Assembly: GCA_965140705.1 (NCBI GenBank)
Contig: OZ223301.1
Coordinates: 128,001 to 192,000, forward strand
DNA: 64,000 nt
Direction: 5' to 3'
Origin: an uncultured Arcobacter sp.
GTDB lineage: Bacteria; Campylobacterota; Campylobacteria; Campylobacterales; Arcobacteraceae
Under the pieces are notes generated by a model. It ran no database searches, was not told the origin of the DNA, and saw only the letters and a program-made list of their open reading frames with translations. Numbering within the stretch: the first letter of the stretch is position 1; each line of letters opens with the position of its first letter. This document shows positions 6,694 to 17,442 of this stretch, in pieces. The position numbers and the translations under genes are program-made.

Positions 6694-7875
6694 TTACATC
6701 CCCGGTATTCTAGGTATTTTACCAAGCTTAGTATTTCGACAATATACTCCCCAACCTTTTTTAAGCCAGTGACCAAATATAGGCATAGGAAGCATAAATG
6801 CTTTTTTTTCATCCCTATAAACAAAGGCTGCTCCATTTCCTGTATCCATTACACAAAGTATATTTAAGTGTTCATGGTATCCTTTGAAATCAGTTTTGTT
6901 TTGTTCTCTTTGGTGTATATTATGTGCAGCATTTTTTGCCATAACTTCTGCTACATGACCTTGTTTTGCTCGCCAATCATAACCTTCTAGGGAAGCTACA
7001 TCACCAATGGCATAAATATTACTTAAACTTCCATCTTCATTTAAAACACAAGAGTAATCATCTGTTTTGATAAAGCCAGCATCATTTGTAGTAAGATCAG
7101 ATTCTTTAATAATCTCATGACCATCACCTGCTGGTATAAACATTACTAAATCAGCTTCAAGCTTACTTTCATCTTCAAATACTACACCATCTTTTTCAAA
7201 ATGGGTAATTTTTTTGCCAAAATGTTGTTTGATTTTTAGTTTACTAAACATAGTAGACATCATTTTAAGTGCATTTGGACCCATACGTTTTCCAGGTTCT
7301 GCCATGGGTGCGAAAAATGTTAGTTCAAATTTGTCTCGTATTCCTTTTTTCTTAAGCATATTGTGAACATTAAAAAGAAGTTCGAAACCTGGTCCTCCCC
7401 GTACAGCAGATGTATCTTTTGGATTACCTCCAAAGCCCATTGCTATTTTACCACTTCCTTTTTTTACAAGATCATCTAAGGCATCTCTAATAGCTAGTGA
7501 TTGTTCTGGCGCTCCACAAATAGAAAAAGTATTTTCTACTCCCTTTGGTTTCATCTTTGAAGCTCCAATTGCAATAATTAGATAATCATAATCATTGATA
7601 ATTTTTCCACTTTGCAGTGTAACACTATTGTTCTCTTTAGATATTTTATTTACGCCATCAATAATGAGATTAAAGCCATGTGCTTTTTGCAATTCATTTA
7701 AATCAATGCAAGTATCTTTAAATCCAATTTCATGGGTTGGAATCCAAATAGAAGTTGGATAGATATAGAAATAATCTCTATTGCTCACTAAAGTAACATC
7801 ATAATTCAATTTTCTAAGGTGAGTTGCAGCATCTACACCTGCAAAACCACCTCCTAGCACAAGTATTTTTTTCAT
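6694..7875 (-). CDS. sqrF: Sulfide:quinone oxidoreductase, SqrF (type VI)-like
   Basis: GGGFAG FAD motif, YIYP.SIWIP, SICGAPEQS, GFGGNPKD.SAVRGGPGFEL, LNILCVMDTG. Confidence 0.75.
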   Translation of the reverse strand: MKKILVLGGGFAGVDAATHLRKLNYDVTLVSNRDYFYIYPTSIWIPTHEIGFKDTCIDLNELQKAHGFNLIIDGVNKISKENNSVTLQSGKIINDYDYLIIAIGASKMKPKGVENTFSICGAPEQSLAIRDALDDLVKKGSGKIAMGFGGNPKDTSAVRGGPGFELLFNVHNMLKKKGIRDKFELTFFAPMAEPGKRMGPNALKMMSTMFSKLKIKQHFGKKITHFEKDGVVFEDESKLEADLVMFIPAGDGHEIIKESDLTTNDAGFIKTDDYSCVLNEDGSLSNIYAIGDVASLEGYDWRAKQGHVAEVMAKNAAHNIHQREQNKTDFKGYHEHLNILCVMDTGNGAAFVYRDEKKAFMLPMPIFGHWLKKGWGVYCRNTKLGKIPRIPGM

Positions 7876-8498
7876 TTTTAAATTCCAATATAAGTATAGT
7901 TTATATTACTACTATAGATATTAAATGAAAATTAAATATTAAAATATTTAATAATTATAATTAAATCTTATAATTAAAGCTTAATGTAACTATTTTAATT
8001 GATAAATTTATTTATATTAACTTTAAAGATAAAAAAACTATTAGGTATTTGCCTAAAAGGCCTTAGTAGAGTTAGTTTAATAATGATAAAAAAGTCATTA
8101 ACTTTGTTCTATAAATAAATTATAAAATTACTATATAGAATTAATAAAAAATAAAAATAAATGAATTATAATGGCATGTTTCAATAATCATTATATTGGA
8201 TTTTTTATGAATGACAGTATTTTAATGTTATTTCGCAAAATTTTTAGGAAAAGTTGAAATTAAAGAATATGAGGAATTACAAGTGATTTTTTGGAACAGC
8301 ATTATTAAGTCTTATTGTAAATGGCAAAAGTAATGAACTAATTGAAGTAGTAAAAGATAATATACTAAGATAGTATTTCTTTTTTTATAGTAGATTATAG
8401 TGTGAAATATTGGTAAACTATTATATCTACATTTTACACTTTATTACTTTCTAATTATATATCTACTATTATCACGAAAAATAAACAAAAGAGGTGAA

Positions 8499-9761
8499 AT
8501 GCAAGCAACAAAATCAGTTTTTATAGCTATATCTTCGTTATTCTTCTCAATAGGATTTTTAGCTATTGGATATGGGATGATTATGACTTTTATAGGTCTT
8601 TTTCTTAAAGAACATGGATCTTCTGATATGGTTATTGGTTTGATTAATGCTGCATTTTTTTTAGGTGCTATGGCATCTTCTATTTTCAGTCAAAAAATTA
8701 TTACAAATATCGGACATATAAGAAGTTTTGTCACCTTTGCATCTATTATGGTTATTACTTTTTTACTTCATTCTATGTTTTTAAATGAATTTTTTTGGGC
8801 TCTTCTTCGACTTATATGTGGATTTGCATATTATGGTTTATTGATTATCTTAGAAAGCTGGTTAAATGAAAAGAGTTCTAATGAACAAAGAGGACAAATA
8901 CTAGCTATATATACAACTGTTTTTTATCTTTCAAATGCTATTGGTCAATTGTTATTAAATATTGATGAAGACTTAGAGCATATAATTTTTTCAATAGGTG
9001 CAGTTTTAGTACTTTTTTCTGTTGTTTTTATAGCAATGACAAAGATTAAAGAGCCTATTCTTAAACCATTTGAAAGATACAGCTTCCCAAAACTTTATAA
9101 TGTAGTACCTTTAGCTTTAACAGGGAGTTTTATAAGTGGTTTTCTTGTTGGTGGATTTTTTACAATGATTCCTTTATATGTTATAAAAATCTTTGAATCA
9201 AAAGAAGTTTTATCTTTTTTTATGGCATTTACTATTTTAGGTGGATTGATTTCACAATGGCCAATAGGGAGATTATCAGATATTTATGGTAGACGAAAAC
9301 TTATCTCAGCGACTGGATTTTTCACAGCTATTGTTTCAGTATTATTTATTGTATTGCCTTCAAATGATATATTAATATACTTTTTAGGGGTTTTGTTAGG
9401 CGCTAGTATCTTTTGTATTTATCCTTTAAGTCTATCTCGTGCTAATGATGTTATTGATGAAAATAAAGATATCGTAGAAATTTCTAGAGCTTTACTTTTT
9501 GTATATGGGACAGGTTCTTTTATTGCACCTATTATTATAGGGCTTAGTTTTAATTATTTGGGCTATAAAACATTATTTATAATATTTGCAGTTTTAGGAA
9601 TTTATTTAGCTTTTTATTCTCTATCAAAAAAACGAGTAGCTGATGATGATATGAGTGTTTTCGTAAATGTTCCACTTACTTCAAGTTCTGTTATGCCAGA
9701 AATTGATCCAAGACAAGACCAAGAATGGGTTGATGAGCAACAAAAAAGCACTTCAGAATAA
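8499..9761 (+). CDS. MFS transporter (YcaD-like)
   Basis: About 12 hydrophobic segments; IGHIRSF, ESWLN, QWPIGRLSDIYGRR. Confidence 0.85.
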   Translation: MQATKSVFIAISSLFFSIGFLAIGYGMIMTFIGLFLKEHGSSDMVIGLINAAFFLGAMASSIFSQKIITNIGHIRSFVTFASIMVITFLLHSMFLNEFFWALLRLICGFAYYGLLIILESWLNEKSSNEQRGQILAIYTTVFYLSNAIGQLLLNIDEDLEHIIFSIGAVLVLFSVVFIAMTKIKEPILKPFERYSFPKLYNVVPLALTGSFISGFLVGGFFTMIPLYVIKIFESKEVLSFFMAFTILGGLISQWPIGRLSDIYGRRKLISATGFFTAIVSVLFIVLPSNDILIYFLGVLLGASIFCIYPLSLSRANDVIDENKDIVEISRALLFVYGTGSFIAPIIIGLSFNYLGYKTLFIIFAVLGIYLAFYSLSKKRVADDDMSVFVNVPLTSSSVMPEIDPRQDQEWVDEQQKSTSE

Positions 9762-9817
9762 TTTAGATTTACTTTTATGTAATTTGGATATAATTAAAGC
9801 ATTATCAAGGAGCTAGC

Positions 9818-12406
9818 TTGAAATTTATATTTATAATTATATTATTTATTTCTTTTCAAAATTTAAGTGCTAAAGTATTAAAAAAAGTTAGCTTGCAGCT
9901 ATCTTGGTTTGATCAGTTTCAGTTTGCAGGATATTATATTGCAAAAGAAAAAGGTTACTATAAAAATTTAGGTTTGGATGTAGAAATAAAACCATTCAAT
10001 TTTGGAATTCATGCTCCCAATGAAGTGGATGAGGGTAGAGCCAATTTTGGGATAGGAAGAGAAACTTTAATTTTAGATAGGGCAAAAGGTAAAAAAATAG
10101 TTGCACTTTATGCTTTATTTCAATCTACACCTTTAGTTTTATTAACTACAAATAAAAATATAAACAAAGTAGAAGATTTTGTAAATAAAAAGATTATGAC
10201 TACAGATGATGATTCTAGTGAAGTTTCTATCAAAGCTATGATTAGCTCAAAAAAAGTGAAATTTGAACAATTACATTTTATAAAACATACACACAAGATA
10301 AATGACTTAATCAACAAAAAAACAGATATTATCTCAGCATATATTTCAAAATCACCATTTGAGCTTAATGAAAAAGGAATTCCTTATAAAATGTTTGATC
10401 CAAAAGATTATGGATTTGATATGTATAGTGATTTTTTATTTACAAGTGAAAATATGATAAATAATGACATTGATACAGTCATGGCATTTAAAAAAGCATC
10501 TTTAAAAGGGTGGAAATATGCATATTCTCATATAGAAGAGACAGCTAACTTAATATTAAAAAAATATAATTCTCAACATATTACAAAAAAAGCTCTAATT
10601 TATGAAGGGGAAGAGTTAAAAAAACTCTCTTATCAAGGTACTAAAAACTTAGGAGAGATAAGAGAAAATAAAGTACAGAGAATTTATGATTTGTACAATG
10701 TGATGGGATTAATACCAAAAAAAATTGATGCTAGAAAATTTGTTTATTATTCAAATGATAATAAAAAGATATTTCTAACTAAAGAAGAAAGTGCATATTT
10801 AAAAGAAAATAATAAGTTTAAAATGTGTGTTATACCAAATATTAAACCCTATAGTTATTTTGAGAAAGGTGAATTTAAAGGTTTTATTGCAGATTATTTT
10901 AAGATAATAAAAGAAAAAACAGGTATAGAATTTGATGTAATAAAAGATGACAAGTTTAAAAATTATATTGATTTATTCAAAAATAAAAATTGTGATATTT
11001 TTGCTTCTTTAGAAAAAACAGATGATAGAGAGAAATATGCAAATTTTACAAAGCCTTATGTAAATATACCTTTTGTTTTAATTACAAAACAGAACTTTCC
11101 TTTTGTAGATAGTTTAAGTACATTAAAGGACAAAAAAATAGGAATAAATAGTAGTTATAACATAAGTAAAAGAGTTAAGAAAAAATACCCTAATGTAGAG
11201 TTTGTAGGTGTAAATAGTCTAGAAGATGGTATAGAAAAAGTCTTGAGTAATAAAATTGATGGTCATGTTGATTTATTATATACAACTTTATATAGACTTT
11301 ATGACAAAAATAATTCGAAGTTAAAGATTTCTAATAAGCTTGATATTGATTCAGATTTGAGAGTGGCTGTGAGAAAAGAAGATAAAATTCTTTTTAATAT
11401 TATTAATAAAGCTGTTAATGATATTGATGATGCAAAAATTGATTCACTTATTAAATCATGGGTAACAATTGAGTATAAAAAAAGTACTGATTTTACATAT
11501 CTTTGGATAACACTATTTATTGCAGGACTACTATTTTTAGCCTTATTGTATAGACATAAAGTTTTAAGTGGAATGAATAAATCTTTAAATTATAAAGTAA
11601 AAGAAAAAACTGAAGAATTATTGAAAATAAATACTGAACTTGAAAAGAGAATAAAAGAAGAAGTAGAAAAAAACTTAAAAAAAGACCATCTTTTACAAAG
11701 ACAATCAAAATTGGCTTCAATGGGAGAAATGTTAGAAAATATAGCCCATCAATGGAGACAACCACTATCTGTAATAACTATGGGTGCTAGTGGTATAAAA
11801 CTAAAAAAAGAATTAGAACTTTTGGATGATAGTTTCTTGTCAGAAACTTTAGATTCAATTTTAAAGTCATCTTCTTATTTATCCCAAACAATTGATGATT
11901 TTAAATATTTTTTTAAACCTAGCAAAGATAAAAGTAAATTTTCTTTGGAATCATGTTTTGAAAAGAGTTTAAATGTATTAAGTCTAAAATTAAATAGTGA
12001 AAATATACAGATAATTAAAAATATTGAAGAAATAGAAATACTAGGATATGAATCAGAATTGGTACATGTATTTATGAATATTTTAAATAATGCAAAAGAT
12101 GCTTTTTCTGACTCTAAAGTAAAGAAAAAATTTATTTATGTGGATATTTCAAAAACAAAAGAAAAAATTATTATAAAAATAAAAGATAATGCAGGAGGAG
12201 TTAATCCTTCTATTATTGATAAGATATTCGATCCGTATTTTACAACAAAACATAAAAGTCAAGGTACTGGTATTGGATTGTATATGAGTCATCAAATAAT
12301 TTCAAAACATATGGATGGGCAAATAGAAGTATCAAATAGTGAATATAAATATGAAAATGAAAACTACAAAGGGGCTTTATTTACAATTACTTTATATGCT
12401 GAATAA
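9818..12406 (+). CDS. Sensor histidine kinase with NMT1/THI5-like and family-3 solute-binding periplasmic domains
   Basis: LQL.W..QFQFAGYY.A.EKGYY; TM segment; IAHQWRQPL H-box; DNAGG, FDPYFTTK, GTGIGLY. Confidence 0.88.
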   Translation: MKFIFIIILFISFQNLSAKVLKKVSLQLSWFDQFQFAGYYIAKEKGYYKNLGLDVEIKPFNFGIHAPNEVDEGRANFGIGRETLILDRAKGKKIVALYALFQSTPLVLLTTNKNINKVEDFVNKKIMTTDDDSSEVSIKAMISSKKVKFEQLHFIKHTHKINDLINKKTDIISAYISKSPFELNEKGIPYKMFDPKDYGFDMYSDFLFTSENMINNDIDTVMAFKKASLKGWKYAYSHIEETANLILKKYNSQHITKKALIYEGEELKKLSYQGTKNLGEIRENKVQRIYDLYNVMGLIPKKIDARKFVYYSNDNKKIFLTKEESAYLKENNKFKMCVIPNIKPYSYFEKGEFKGFIADYFKIIKEKTGIEFDVIKDDKFKNYIDLFKNKNCDIFASLEKTDDREKYANFTKPYVNIPFVLITKQNFPFVDSLSTLKDKKIGINSSYNISKRVKKKYPNVEFVGVNSLEDGIEKVLSNKIDGHVDLLYTTLYRLYDKNNSKLKISNKLDIDSDLRVAVRKEDKILFNIINKAVNDIDDAKIDSLIKSWVTIEYKKSTDFTYLWITLFIAGLLFLALLYRHKVLSGMNKSLNYKVKEKTEELLKINTELEKRIKEEVEKNLKKDHLLQRQSKLASMGEMLENIAHQWRQPLSVITMGASGIKLKKELELLDDSFLSETLDSILKSSSYLSQTIDDFKYFFKPSKDKSKFSLESCFEKSLNVLSLKLNSENIQIIKNIEEIEILGYESELVHVFMNILNNAKDAFSDSKVKKKFIYVDISKTKEKIIIKIKDNAGGVNPSIIDKIFDPYFTTKHKSQGTGIGLYMSHQIISKHMDGQIEVSNSEYKYENENYKGALFTITLYAE

Positions 12407-12451
12407 TTTTATTTTGATATAATCTCATAAATAATTATATGAGGAATTATA

Positions 12452-13717
12452 TTGAATTGGTTAGAAATAGATAAAAAGCATGTTTGGCACCCTTATAATT
12501 CACTTCCATCAAAAACAAAACTTTTACCTGTAAAAAAAACTGATAAGACTTTTATATTTTTAGATGATGATACAAAATTAATAGATGGAATGAGTTCTTG
12601 GTGGAGTGCTATTCACGGATATAATCACCCAAAGTTAAATGATGCATTAAAAAAACAAGTTGATATTATGCCTCATGTTATGTTTGGTGGGATTGCCCAT
12701 GAAAATGCAGCAATTCTTTCAAAACAATTAGTTGATTTAACAGGTTTAAATTCTGTTTTTTTATGTGATAGTGGTTCAGTATCTGTTGAAATTGCCCTAA
12801 AGACTGCGATACTTTACCAAAAGGCAAAAGGAAAAGAGAAGTTTAAATTTTTGGCTTTAAATAATGCTTATCATGGTGATACTTTAGGTGCAATGAGTGT
12901 ATGTGATCAAAAAAATTCTATGCATACTGTTTATGGTTCATATTTACCACAACACATTTTTACACAAGAACCGGAGTTAGGTTTTAATAGTGATTGTACA
13001 GCTTCTTTAAAACAATTGGAAGAAAAATTTGAAAAACACCATAATGAACTTGCTGGGTTTATACTTGAACCCATCGTTCAAGGAGCAGGTGGAATGAGAA
13101 TATATAACCCTATCTATTTGCAAAAGGCAAGGGACTTATGTACTAAATATGATATTTTACTCATAGCTGATGAAATTGCTACAGGTTTTGGACATACTGG
13201 AAAAATGTTTGCATGCGAGCATGCGAATATCAAACCAGATATAATGACTTTGGGAAAAGGTTTGACGGGTGGTTATATGACAATGGCAGCAATGCTTACA
13301 ACAAAAGAAGTAAGTGATACTGTATCAAATAGTGAAATTGGTGTACTTATGCATGGACCAACTTTTATGGCTAATCCTTTAGCTTGCAGTGTTGCAATTG
13401 CATCTATTGACTTACTTCTTGAAACACCTTGGGAAAAAAGAGTTTCAAATATAGAAGAGATATTTTTAGAAGAATTAAAAGAGCTAAAAGATTTATCTAT
13501 AGTAAAAGATGTGAGAAATATAGGAGCAATTGGAATAATAGAACTTAATGATGATAGTTATGCCCAAGAGATACAAGATAATTGTGTGAAAAATGGGGTT
13601 TGGATAAGACCTTTTGGTAGACTTATTTATTCTATAGTTGCTTATACAATAGAAGAAGATGATTTAAGAAAAGTTGCTAAAACTATGGTTGAAGCAATAA
13701 GAAGTATAAAGAGATAA
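12452..13717 (+). CDS. bioA: Adenosylmethionine-8-amino-7-oxononanoate aminotransferase
   Basis: HVWHPY, DGMSSWW, DSGSVSVE, YHGDT, DEIATGFG, GKGLTGG, HGPTFMANPLAC. Confidence 0.96.
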   Translation: MNWLEIDKKHVWHPYNSLPSKTKLLPVKKTDKTFIFLDDDTKLIDGMSSWWSAIHGYNHPKLNDALKKQVDIMPHVMFGGIAHENAAILSKQLVDLTGLNSVFLCDSGSVSVEIALKTAILYQKAKGKEKFKFLALNNAYHGDTLGAMSVCDQKNSMHTVYGSYLPQHIFTQEPELGFNSDCTASLKQLEEKFEKHHNELAGFILEPIVQGAGGMRIYNPIYLQKARDLCTKYDILLIADEIATGFGHTGKMFACEHANIKPDIMTLGKGLTGGYMTMAAMLTTKEVSDTVSNSEIGVLMHGPTFMANPLACSVAIASIDLLLETPWEKRVSNIEEIFLEELKELKDLSIVKDVRNIGAIGIIELNDDSYAQEIQDNCVKNGVWIRPFGRLIYSIVAYTIEEDDLRKVAKTMVEAIRSIKR

Positions 13718-13718
13718 T

Positions 13719-14375
13719 ATGAATAAAAATGGATTTAAAAGACTTATAACAAATTTACCTGAAAATCCTGGAGTAATGGGTAGAGATAGATTTTTTAATA
13801 GTGCAGTTTTAGTACCTTTTGTAAAAATCAAAGGGGAGTACTTTATACTTTTTCAAAAAAGAGCCATGGGAATAAAACAAGGTGGTGATATCTGTTTTCC
13901 TGGGGGTGGATATGAAGAGGGTATTGATAAAAACTTTAAACAAACGGCTCTAAGAGAGACAGAAGAAGAGCTAGGTATTTCTCGAAAAGATATAAAAATT
14001 ATTGGTCAATTGGATACTATGGTAGCCTCTTTTGGAACTATTATTGAACCTTTTATTGGGCTTATAAAGAAAAAAGCTATCAAAAATATGAAGATAGATA
14101 AAAATGAAGTTGAAAATACATATTTAATTCCTTTGGATTATTTTAAGCAAAATGAACCAGAAATTTATAATTTAAGAACTGAAGTAAAACCTTATCATAT
14201 AGATGAAAATGGAAATAAAGAAGTTTATTTCCCCGTTGATGAATTAGGACTTCCTGAAGCTTATCAAAAACCTTGGGGAAATAAAAAACATAAAGTTTAT
14301 GTTTATAAGTATAAGAAAAAAGTTATTTGGGGCTTAACAGCTGTTATTTTGAATGATTTATTAAGAAGATACTAA
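13719..14375 (+). CDS. Nudix hydrolase, CoA pyrophosphatase-like
   Basis: Nudix box FPGG...ALRETEEELG; C-terminal IWGLTA. Confidence 0.85.
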   Translation: MNKNGFKRLITNLPENPGVMGRDRFFNSAVLVPFVKIKGEYFILFQKRAMGIKQGGDICFPGGGYEEGIDKNFKQTALRETEEELGISRKDIKIIGQLDTMVASFGTIIEPFIGLIKKKAIKNMKIDKNEVENTYLIPLDYFKQNEPEIYNLRTEVKPYHIDENGNKEVYFPVDELGLPEAYQKPWGNKKHKVYVYKYKKKVIWGLTAVILNDLLRRY

Positions 14376-14379
14376 TCTT

Positions 14380-14724
14380 CTAAATAGTCATTACTGACCA
14401 CTTCTCACTTTTTAAGGCTTTTGTTAGTAATTCACCTGTATGTTTTATTTTTATATTTAGTTTCTCTAATTCTTGTATTGCTTTATAATCTTCAACACAT
14501 ACTATACAAGCACTCATCTTTACACCTGTTTTTTGGATTTCTAATAGTTTTTTTTGAATCTTTTTATCTTTTTTTACAAGTTTTATTGAAGGACCCCAAA
14601 GCATCAAATGAGCTTTTTCCCAATATTTTCTTTCTAATATTACAGAAGAATAAAGCAAAGGGAATTTATTTGCAACTTCTTCATCACCATTTGACCATAC
14701 TATTAATAGATTTGATTTAGACAT
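14380..14724 (-). CDS. DsrE-family protein
   Basis: LMLWGPS.KL and ACIVC motifs. Confidence 0.7.
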   Translation of the reverse strand: MSKSNLLIVWSNGDEEVANKFPLLYSSVILERKYWEKAHLMLWGPSIKLVKKDKKIQKKLLEIQKTGVKMSACIVCVEDYKAIQELEKLNIKIKHTGELLTKALKSEKWSVMTI

Positions 14725-14844
14725 TTTTATAACCTTTTTATTTATCTTGATATTTTTTATTACATTTGTTATTATAGTGTAATATTAATACACAAAAAGT
14801 AAATATTTAAAGAATATAATAAACTAAATAATAAAGGATTTATC

Positions 14845-15276
14845 ATGTTTACAAAAATCTACAATCAAGTCTTTGGATTTTTTGAAAATTTACAATCTAT
14901 CTTTTTGCTTTTGGCTAGATTAGTTCTTGCTTATGGTTTTTATGAACCTGCAATGAAAAAGTGGGCAGATATTGGAAGTATAGCACAATGGTTTGGCTCA
15001 ATTGGAATTCCTTTCCCTGCTATAAATGCTTATCTGGCTGCAACAACCGAGATTTTAGGAGTTATTTTATTAACTCTTGGACTATTTACTAGACTTATAT
15101 CTATTCCTTTAATGGTTGTAATGGTAGTTGCTATTTTTACAGTACATATAGGAAATGGATTTGGAGCTGGAGATAATGGATTTGAAATACCTTTATACTA
15201 CTTATTATTTTTAGGAATTTTTCTTACCCATGGAGCTGGAAAAATATCACTTGATAATTTTATATTTAAAAAATAA
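14845..15276 (+). CDS. DoxX-family membrane protein
   Basis: Four hydrophobic helices; LGLFTR, VH..NGF....NGFEIPLYY, GAGKISLD. Confidence 0.88.
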   Translation: MFTKIYNQVFGFFENLQSIFLLLARLVLAYGFYEPAMKKWADIGSIAQWFGSIGIPFPAINAYLAATTEILGVILLTLGLFTRLISIPLMVVMVVAIFTVHIGNGFGAGDNGFEIPLYYLLFLGIFLTHGAGKISLDNFIFKK

Positions 15277-15424
15277 ATAGATAATTATCAAAATCATCGT
15301 TTTTGATAAAAATTCTGTCCTCAGAATTTTTCATTAAACTTCAAAATAGTGGAAGTGGCAAAGACCAAGTGATGGAAGAAATGCTTTAAATTTACATGTA
15401 AAATTAGCTTTGTTTTTGTATATC

Positions 15425-15453
15425 TTGACAAAAAAAATAAAACCTTATATAAT
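15425..15453 (+). promoter_or_regulatory. sigma70 promoter of gpx-marR
   Basis: TTGACA (15425-15430), 17 bp, TATAAT (15448-15453). Confidence 0.85.
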
Positions 15454-15480
15454 TGTATACAATTTAATTGTATACAATTA
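15450..15480. promoter_or_regulatory. OhrR-type operator
   Basis: 31-bp palindrome taattgtatacaatt-t-aattgtatacaatta containing TACAATT-N-AATTGTA and overlapping the -10. Confidence 0.85.
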
Positions 15481-15507
15481 AAATTAAAAAATAAATGAGG
15501 AATTTAC

Positions 15508-16053
15508 ATGTCAATTTACGATTTCAGAGTGAAAGACTCTTACGGAAATGTAGTTAATTTAGATAAATATAAAGGGAAAGTTTTATTAATTATTAATTCT
15601 GCAACTGAGTGCGGATTTACTTCTCAATATGAAGGATTACAACTACTATATGAAAAATTAGAAGGTGAAAAGTTTGAAATAATGGATTTCCCATGCAATC
15701 AGTTTGGTAATCAAGCACCAGGAACCAATGCAGAAATAGCAAGCTTTTGTAATTCAAGATTTGGGATTAAATTTCCAATTTTTGACAAAATTGATGTTAA
15801 TGGTGATAATGCTGAACCTTTATTCTCATACCTAATTGAACAAAAAGGATTTGAAGGATTTGATGCAAAACATCCTCTATCAAAGGGATTGGATGAAATG
15901 CTAACTAAAGTTGATCCTAATTATAAAAATGATCCATCTATTAAATGGAATTTTACAAAATTTTTAATTGATAAAAATGGAAATGTTGTAGCGCGATTTG
16001 AACCAACTGTTGACCTTGAGGTCATTGAAGAACAAATCAAGGCACTCCTATAA
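15508..16053 (+). CDS. gpx: Glutathione peroxidase-family peroxidase (Cys type)
   Basis: GKVLLI.NSATECGFT.QY, DFPCNQFG.Q.PG, IKWNFTKFLID. Confidence 0.95.
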   Translation: MSIYDFRVKDSYGNVVNLDKYKGKVLLIINSATECGFTSQYEGLQLLYEKLEGEKFEIMDFPCNQFGNQAPGTNAEIASFCNSRFGIKFPIFDKIDVNGDNAEPLFSYLIEQKGFEGFDAKHPLSKGLDEMLTKVDPNYKNDPSIKWNFTKFLIDKNGNVVARFEPTVDLEVIEEQIKALL

Positions 16054-16121
16054 GTCTTCTTTTATTAATGCAAATCTTGATACACTTCATTGTATGAAAT
16101 ATATTGTAAACAAGGATTTGT

Positions 16122-16604
16122 ATGCTAGAAGAAAACAAAGATGAAATTTTAAAACTTGAAAATCAACTATGTTTTCCTTTGTATGCTTGTTCAAAAGAAG
16201 TTGTAAGAATTTATAAGCCTTTTTTGGACAAGCTTGATTTAACTTATACTCAATATCTTACAATGATGGTTATGTGGGAACACAAAGAAATAAATAGCAA
16301 ATTATTAGGTAAATATTTGTATTTGGATTCTGGAACATTAACTCCTTTATTGAAAAAACTAGAGTCTAAAGGATACATTACTAGGACACGTGCACAAGAT
16401 GATGAACGAAATTTAGTTGTACGACTTACATTAGAAGGTGAAAAGTTAAAAAACGATGCTATTAAAGTTCCAGAGGAGCTTGGACGTTCTTTACAGATGG
16501 ATAAAGACGATGTAGAAAATCTTTATGCATTGTTGTATAAAGTATTAGGGAAAATTAGTGAAGCAAATAATAAGGTCAAATATAATAAAAAAGATATTAA
16601 ATAA
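16122..16604 (+). CDS. ohrR: MarR/OhrR-family regulator
   Basis: LENQLCFPLY (redox Cys), LTYTQYL, LDSGTLTPLLKKLE, R...DER. Confidence 0.85.
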   Translation: MLEENKDEILKLENQLCFPLYACSKEVVRIYKPFLDKLDLTYTQYLTMMVMWEHKEINSKLLGKYLYLDSGTLTPLLKKLESKGYITRTRAQDDERNLVVRLTLEGEKLKNDAIKVPEELGRSLQMDKDDVENLYALLYKVLGKISEANNKVKYNKKDIK

Positions 16605-16719
16605 GAAGACCTTTCAAAATTTATGAGATATAAATTATCAAAATCAGTTCATTTTCGATATAATTTTTCAACTACAGCTTTAAGTAAAAGCTATGTAAAA
16701 TTTATATAAAAGTAGAAAA

Positions 16720-17334
16720 ATGAATAAAATACTAATAGATAATAAAAAGATATACCCTTCAAAAATAGTATGCATAGGTAGAAACTATGTAGATCACATA
16801 AAAGAGCTAAATAATGAGACACCAGAAGAGCCTGTTTTTTTCTTCAAACCAAACTCTTCAATAAGCAATGAATTAATATTCCCAAAGGGAAATACTAGCT
16901 GTCATTATGAAGCAGAAATATCATTTTTAATGGAAGAAAATAAAATATCAGCTGTTGGTTTTGGCTTAGATTTAACATTAAGAGAAGTTCAATCAAAACT
17001 TAAACAAAAAGGTTTACCTTGGGAGAGAGCTAAATGTTTTGATGGAGCAGCTGTTTTTTCAAAATTTGTTAGCTTTGATGGAGATGTTGAAGACCTTGGT
17101 ATTGAGTTATATATTAATGGGGAACTTAAACAAAAAGGTGATGTTTCTATAATGATATATAAGCCAAATGAAATAATAGAAAATTTATGTACTTTTGCCT
17201 CTTTTGAAGATGGAGATATACTTATGAGTGGAACTCCAAGTGGTGTGGGAAAATTTGAAGTAAATGATATTTTTGAGGGTAAAATCTTATACAAAGATGA
17301 AGTGTTACTAAACGTAAAATTTGATGTTAAATAA
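16720..17334 (+). CDS. Fumarylacetoacetate hydrolase-family protein
   Basis: KIVCIGRNY..HIKEL, HYEAE, GLDLTLR, PWERAK.FDG, GTPSGVG. Confidence 0.92.
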   Translation: MNKILIDNKKIYPSKIVCIGRNYVDHIKELNNETPEEPVFFFKPNSSISNELIFPKGNTSCHYEAEISFLMEENKISAVGFGLDLTLREVQSKLKQKGLPWERAKCFDGAAVFSKFVSFDGDVEDLGIELYINGELKQKGDVSIMIYKPNEIIENLCTFASFEDGDILMSGTPSGVGKFEVNDIFEGKILYKDEVLLNVKFDVK

Positions 17335-17442
17335 CTTCTGAAAGTTTAATTTTTATTAAGAGTAGAAACTATATTTATAATTTATAAAAAAACTTTTTTT
17401 CTTTGGATAAAATTCTAAAAATTATAAATTATAGGATTTAGA

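Noticed and set aside
7876..8498. Long AT-rich intergenic region as a hidden gene or pseudogene
   Set aside because: Only short interrupted frames with no recognisable motif; consistent with divergent promoters
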